From assembly GCF_009914755.1 (NCBI RefSeq), contig NC_060944.1: a DNA stretch of 64,000 nt; one strand, given 5' to 3'. The stretch is from the human T2T-CHM13v2.0 reference genome, Homo sapiens. A model generated the notes under the pieces. That model was not told where the DNA came from. It saw nothing but the letters and a program-made list of their open reading frames with translations, and searched no databases. Shown piece by piece: positions 50,011 through 64,000 of this stretch. Positions within the stretch are counted from its first letter, which is position 1; every line of letters begins with the position of its first letter. The position numbers and the translations under genes were made by a program.

Positions 50011-50215
50011 CTCCAATTTGAACTTGTCTGATTGTATCCACAGGTTTAGATTCAGGTTGAATATTTTTGGCAAAAATACTATAAAAGTGATATTGTGTGT
50101 GTCCTTCTTGGGGAATGATTTTTATTATACTACGTTTTAATAAATTTACTTTTAGCCGGGCATGGTGGCTCACGCCTGTATCCCAGCACTTTGGGAGGCC
50201 GAGGCAGGTGGATCA

Positions 50216-53888
<3,673 letters not shown>

Positions 53889-53959
53889 TTATATTGAAGT
53901 ATCATAAAGCAAGTTATAGACATGAAGTCACCCACAAAACCTAAAAATGTCCACTTCCC

Positions 53960-54440
53960 AGGGGTTCAATTCTCTACTTTCTCTTGCTGTCCACATCTAA
54001 TCTGTTTTGAAGTTTTTCTTGTCTAGCTTCAACATATACCCTGAACCCCCATCCTTTCTCCTACATCGTCTTAGCCCAAGCTCATATCCCCTCTCGCCTA
54101 GAATACCGCAGCCACTTCTCATCTGGTATCCTCTCCCAGTCTTGACCCAACTCCCCACACAGTCACAGGGGTTATCGTTGGAAAATGCAAGTCAGATCAT
54201 ATCACTCTGTTAAAAACACATCCAGTGGCTACTGCAATTAGAATAAACGGCAAACTTCTTTTATGACTGACAAGAACCTGCATGCCCAGACCCTGCCTGT
54301 CTGTCTGGCATTCTCGTTGCTTCTTGAGCCTTGTTTATCACGCTCAGGTTTACTGGCGTCTTCCTCTTTCTGCACATATCAAACTCTTGGTACTTGTAAT
54401 TGTCTGGATTGTACCCCACTCCCAGCCTGAATTCTGTGCT
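53960..54440 (+). mobile_element. L2 LINE fragment
   Basis: aaaatgcaagtcagatcatatcactctgttaaaaacacatccagtggct...attagaataaa. Confidence 0.7.
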
Positions 54441-54496
54441 TGACAAAAGGCTACCTTTTCTATCTACTTACCTAAAGAAAGTGAAGAAATGTCTAA

Positions 54497-56483
<1,987 letters not shown>

Positions 56484-56511
56484 CTGTTTTCTTTGTTTTG
56501 TTTTTTTTTTT

Positions 56512-56612
56512 AATATGAAACACTTCATGAATTTGCATGTCATCCTTGCACAGGGGCCATGCTAATCTTTGTGTTATTCCAATTTTAGTATATGTACTGC
56601 AGCAGGGAGCAT
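56512..56612 (-). pseudogene. RNU6: Full-length poly(A)-tailed U6 snRNA retropseudogene
   Basis: aatatgaaacacttcatgaatttgcatgtcatccttgcacaggggccatgctaatctt...ttccaattttagtatatgtactgcagcagggagcat is antisense U6; T-rich tail 56487-56511; ACAGAGA box degraded; no upstream promoter. Confidence 0.95.
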
Positions 56613-56759
56613 AAATATTTGTTGAATGAATGAATCTTGTCCAGCAGGGACGAAGTGGAAAGGAAGGTGCAATACAATCACTTGTGGATTCAGGATCTGC
56701 ATACCTGACCGGCAGACCTGCTTGCTGGCTTGGAACCTCCTGAAGTTCATGACTGTCTA

Positions 56760-60965
<4,206 letters not shown>

Positions 60966-61129
60966 CCCCGAATTCATTTTTTAAAAAAGGAAGTGTTTTA
61001 TTCCAGGGCTGGAGTCAGCCAACCTTTAAATGCCCCCGAAACTCTATATGATGGGATACCATGTAGCCAGTGAAACATTATGAAGCTGCTTAACATTCAA
61101 CAGTTAAAAAAGATCTCCCAGATACTTTA

Positions 61130-61238
61130 CTTTTAAAAGAAGTTGTGGATACATTGTAGGTGTATATATCAATGGGGTATACAGGATGTCTTGTTACAGG
61201 CATGCAATGTGAAATAAGCACATCATGGAGAATGGGGT
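61130..61238 (-). mobile_element. 5'-truncated L1MA-type 3' end inserted in an older L1ME
   Basis: gtggatacattgtaggtgtatatat...caggcatgcaatgtgaaataagcacatcatggagaatggggt; TSD ccagatacttta 61118-61129 / 61239-61250. Confidence 0.8.
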
Positions 61239-61327
61239 CCAGATACTTTAAGTTAAAAAAAAAAAAAGAGATAAAGCAGTGTGTATAATAGGCCTTATTT
61301 TGTGTTACAAAAATGTATATATATATA

Positions 61328-63050
<1,723 letters not shown>

Positions 63051-63321
63051 GAGAAAATGTAAGAATAGCTCCTAAGCCAAGCTGGGAAAATATTTGCTGA
63101 AGAATGGCAACACCTCACATTTATCTGTCTCTAGAAAAAGGCAAGGGTTAAGTCAGTTCCTCAAAAAGGCCACCTCAGAAGCCATGGCCTTTCCACTGGC
63201 AGTACTTCTCTCTTGACTTTACCCTTAAGAGGAATTGGGATCTCAGATCTATATACCAAGCCTGGCCCATATGTTTGAGGTCATGAAAAAGAATGTGGGG
63301 GCCAAAAATTCATCCTCCTAG

Positions 63322-64000
<679 letters not shown>

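Noticed and set aside
56512-56612. Functional U6 gene
   Set aside because: ACAGAGA box damaged, CpG decay, poly(A) tail, no PSE/TATA upstream

Overview
Primate (very probably human) intergenic DNA with no intact protein-coding gene. About half the window is Alu (roughly 120 copies or fragments by hand count, many nested), set among older L1M, L2, MIR, MaLR/ERV LTRs and hAT MITEs. Essentially every ORF in the supplied track is an Alu, simple-repeat or antisense artefact. Recognisable retrocopies: a processed RPL35A pseudogene (- strand, 50450-51298; Alu-split, three in-frame stops), a full-length poly(A)-tailed U6 pseudogene (56512-56612, -) and a 36-nt tailless U2 5' fragment (32982-33017, -). 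From memory only and unverified, an RPL35A pseudogene near a U6 pseudogene fits 20q13.12 between ZMYND8 and NCOA3. The most unusual signal is two unrelated ~50-57 nt hairpin-forming, oligo(A)-tailed inserts in the first 550 bp (one with a clear TSD, one with a degenerate one). Both resemble ERV1-LTR R-region hairpins and may be L1-made copies of short TAR-like LTR RNAs. The second theme is repeated local template copying: two inverted duplications of a flank+Alu junction ~2.5 kb from their donors, two 31-bp templated insertions into MaLR LTRs, and several snap-back hairpin insertions inside Alus. Repeat subfamily names come from recall of consensus sequences and need RepeatMasker/Dfam confirmation; repeat boundaries are approximate.
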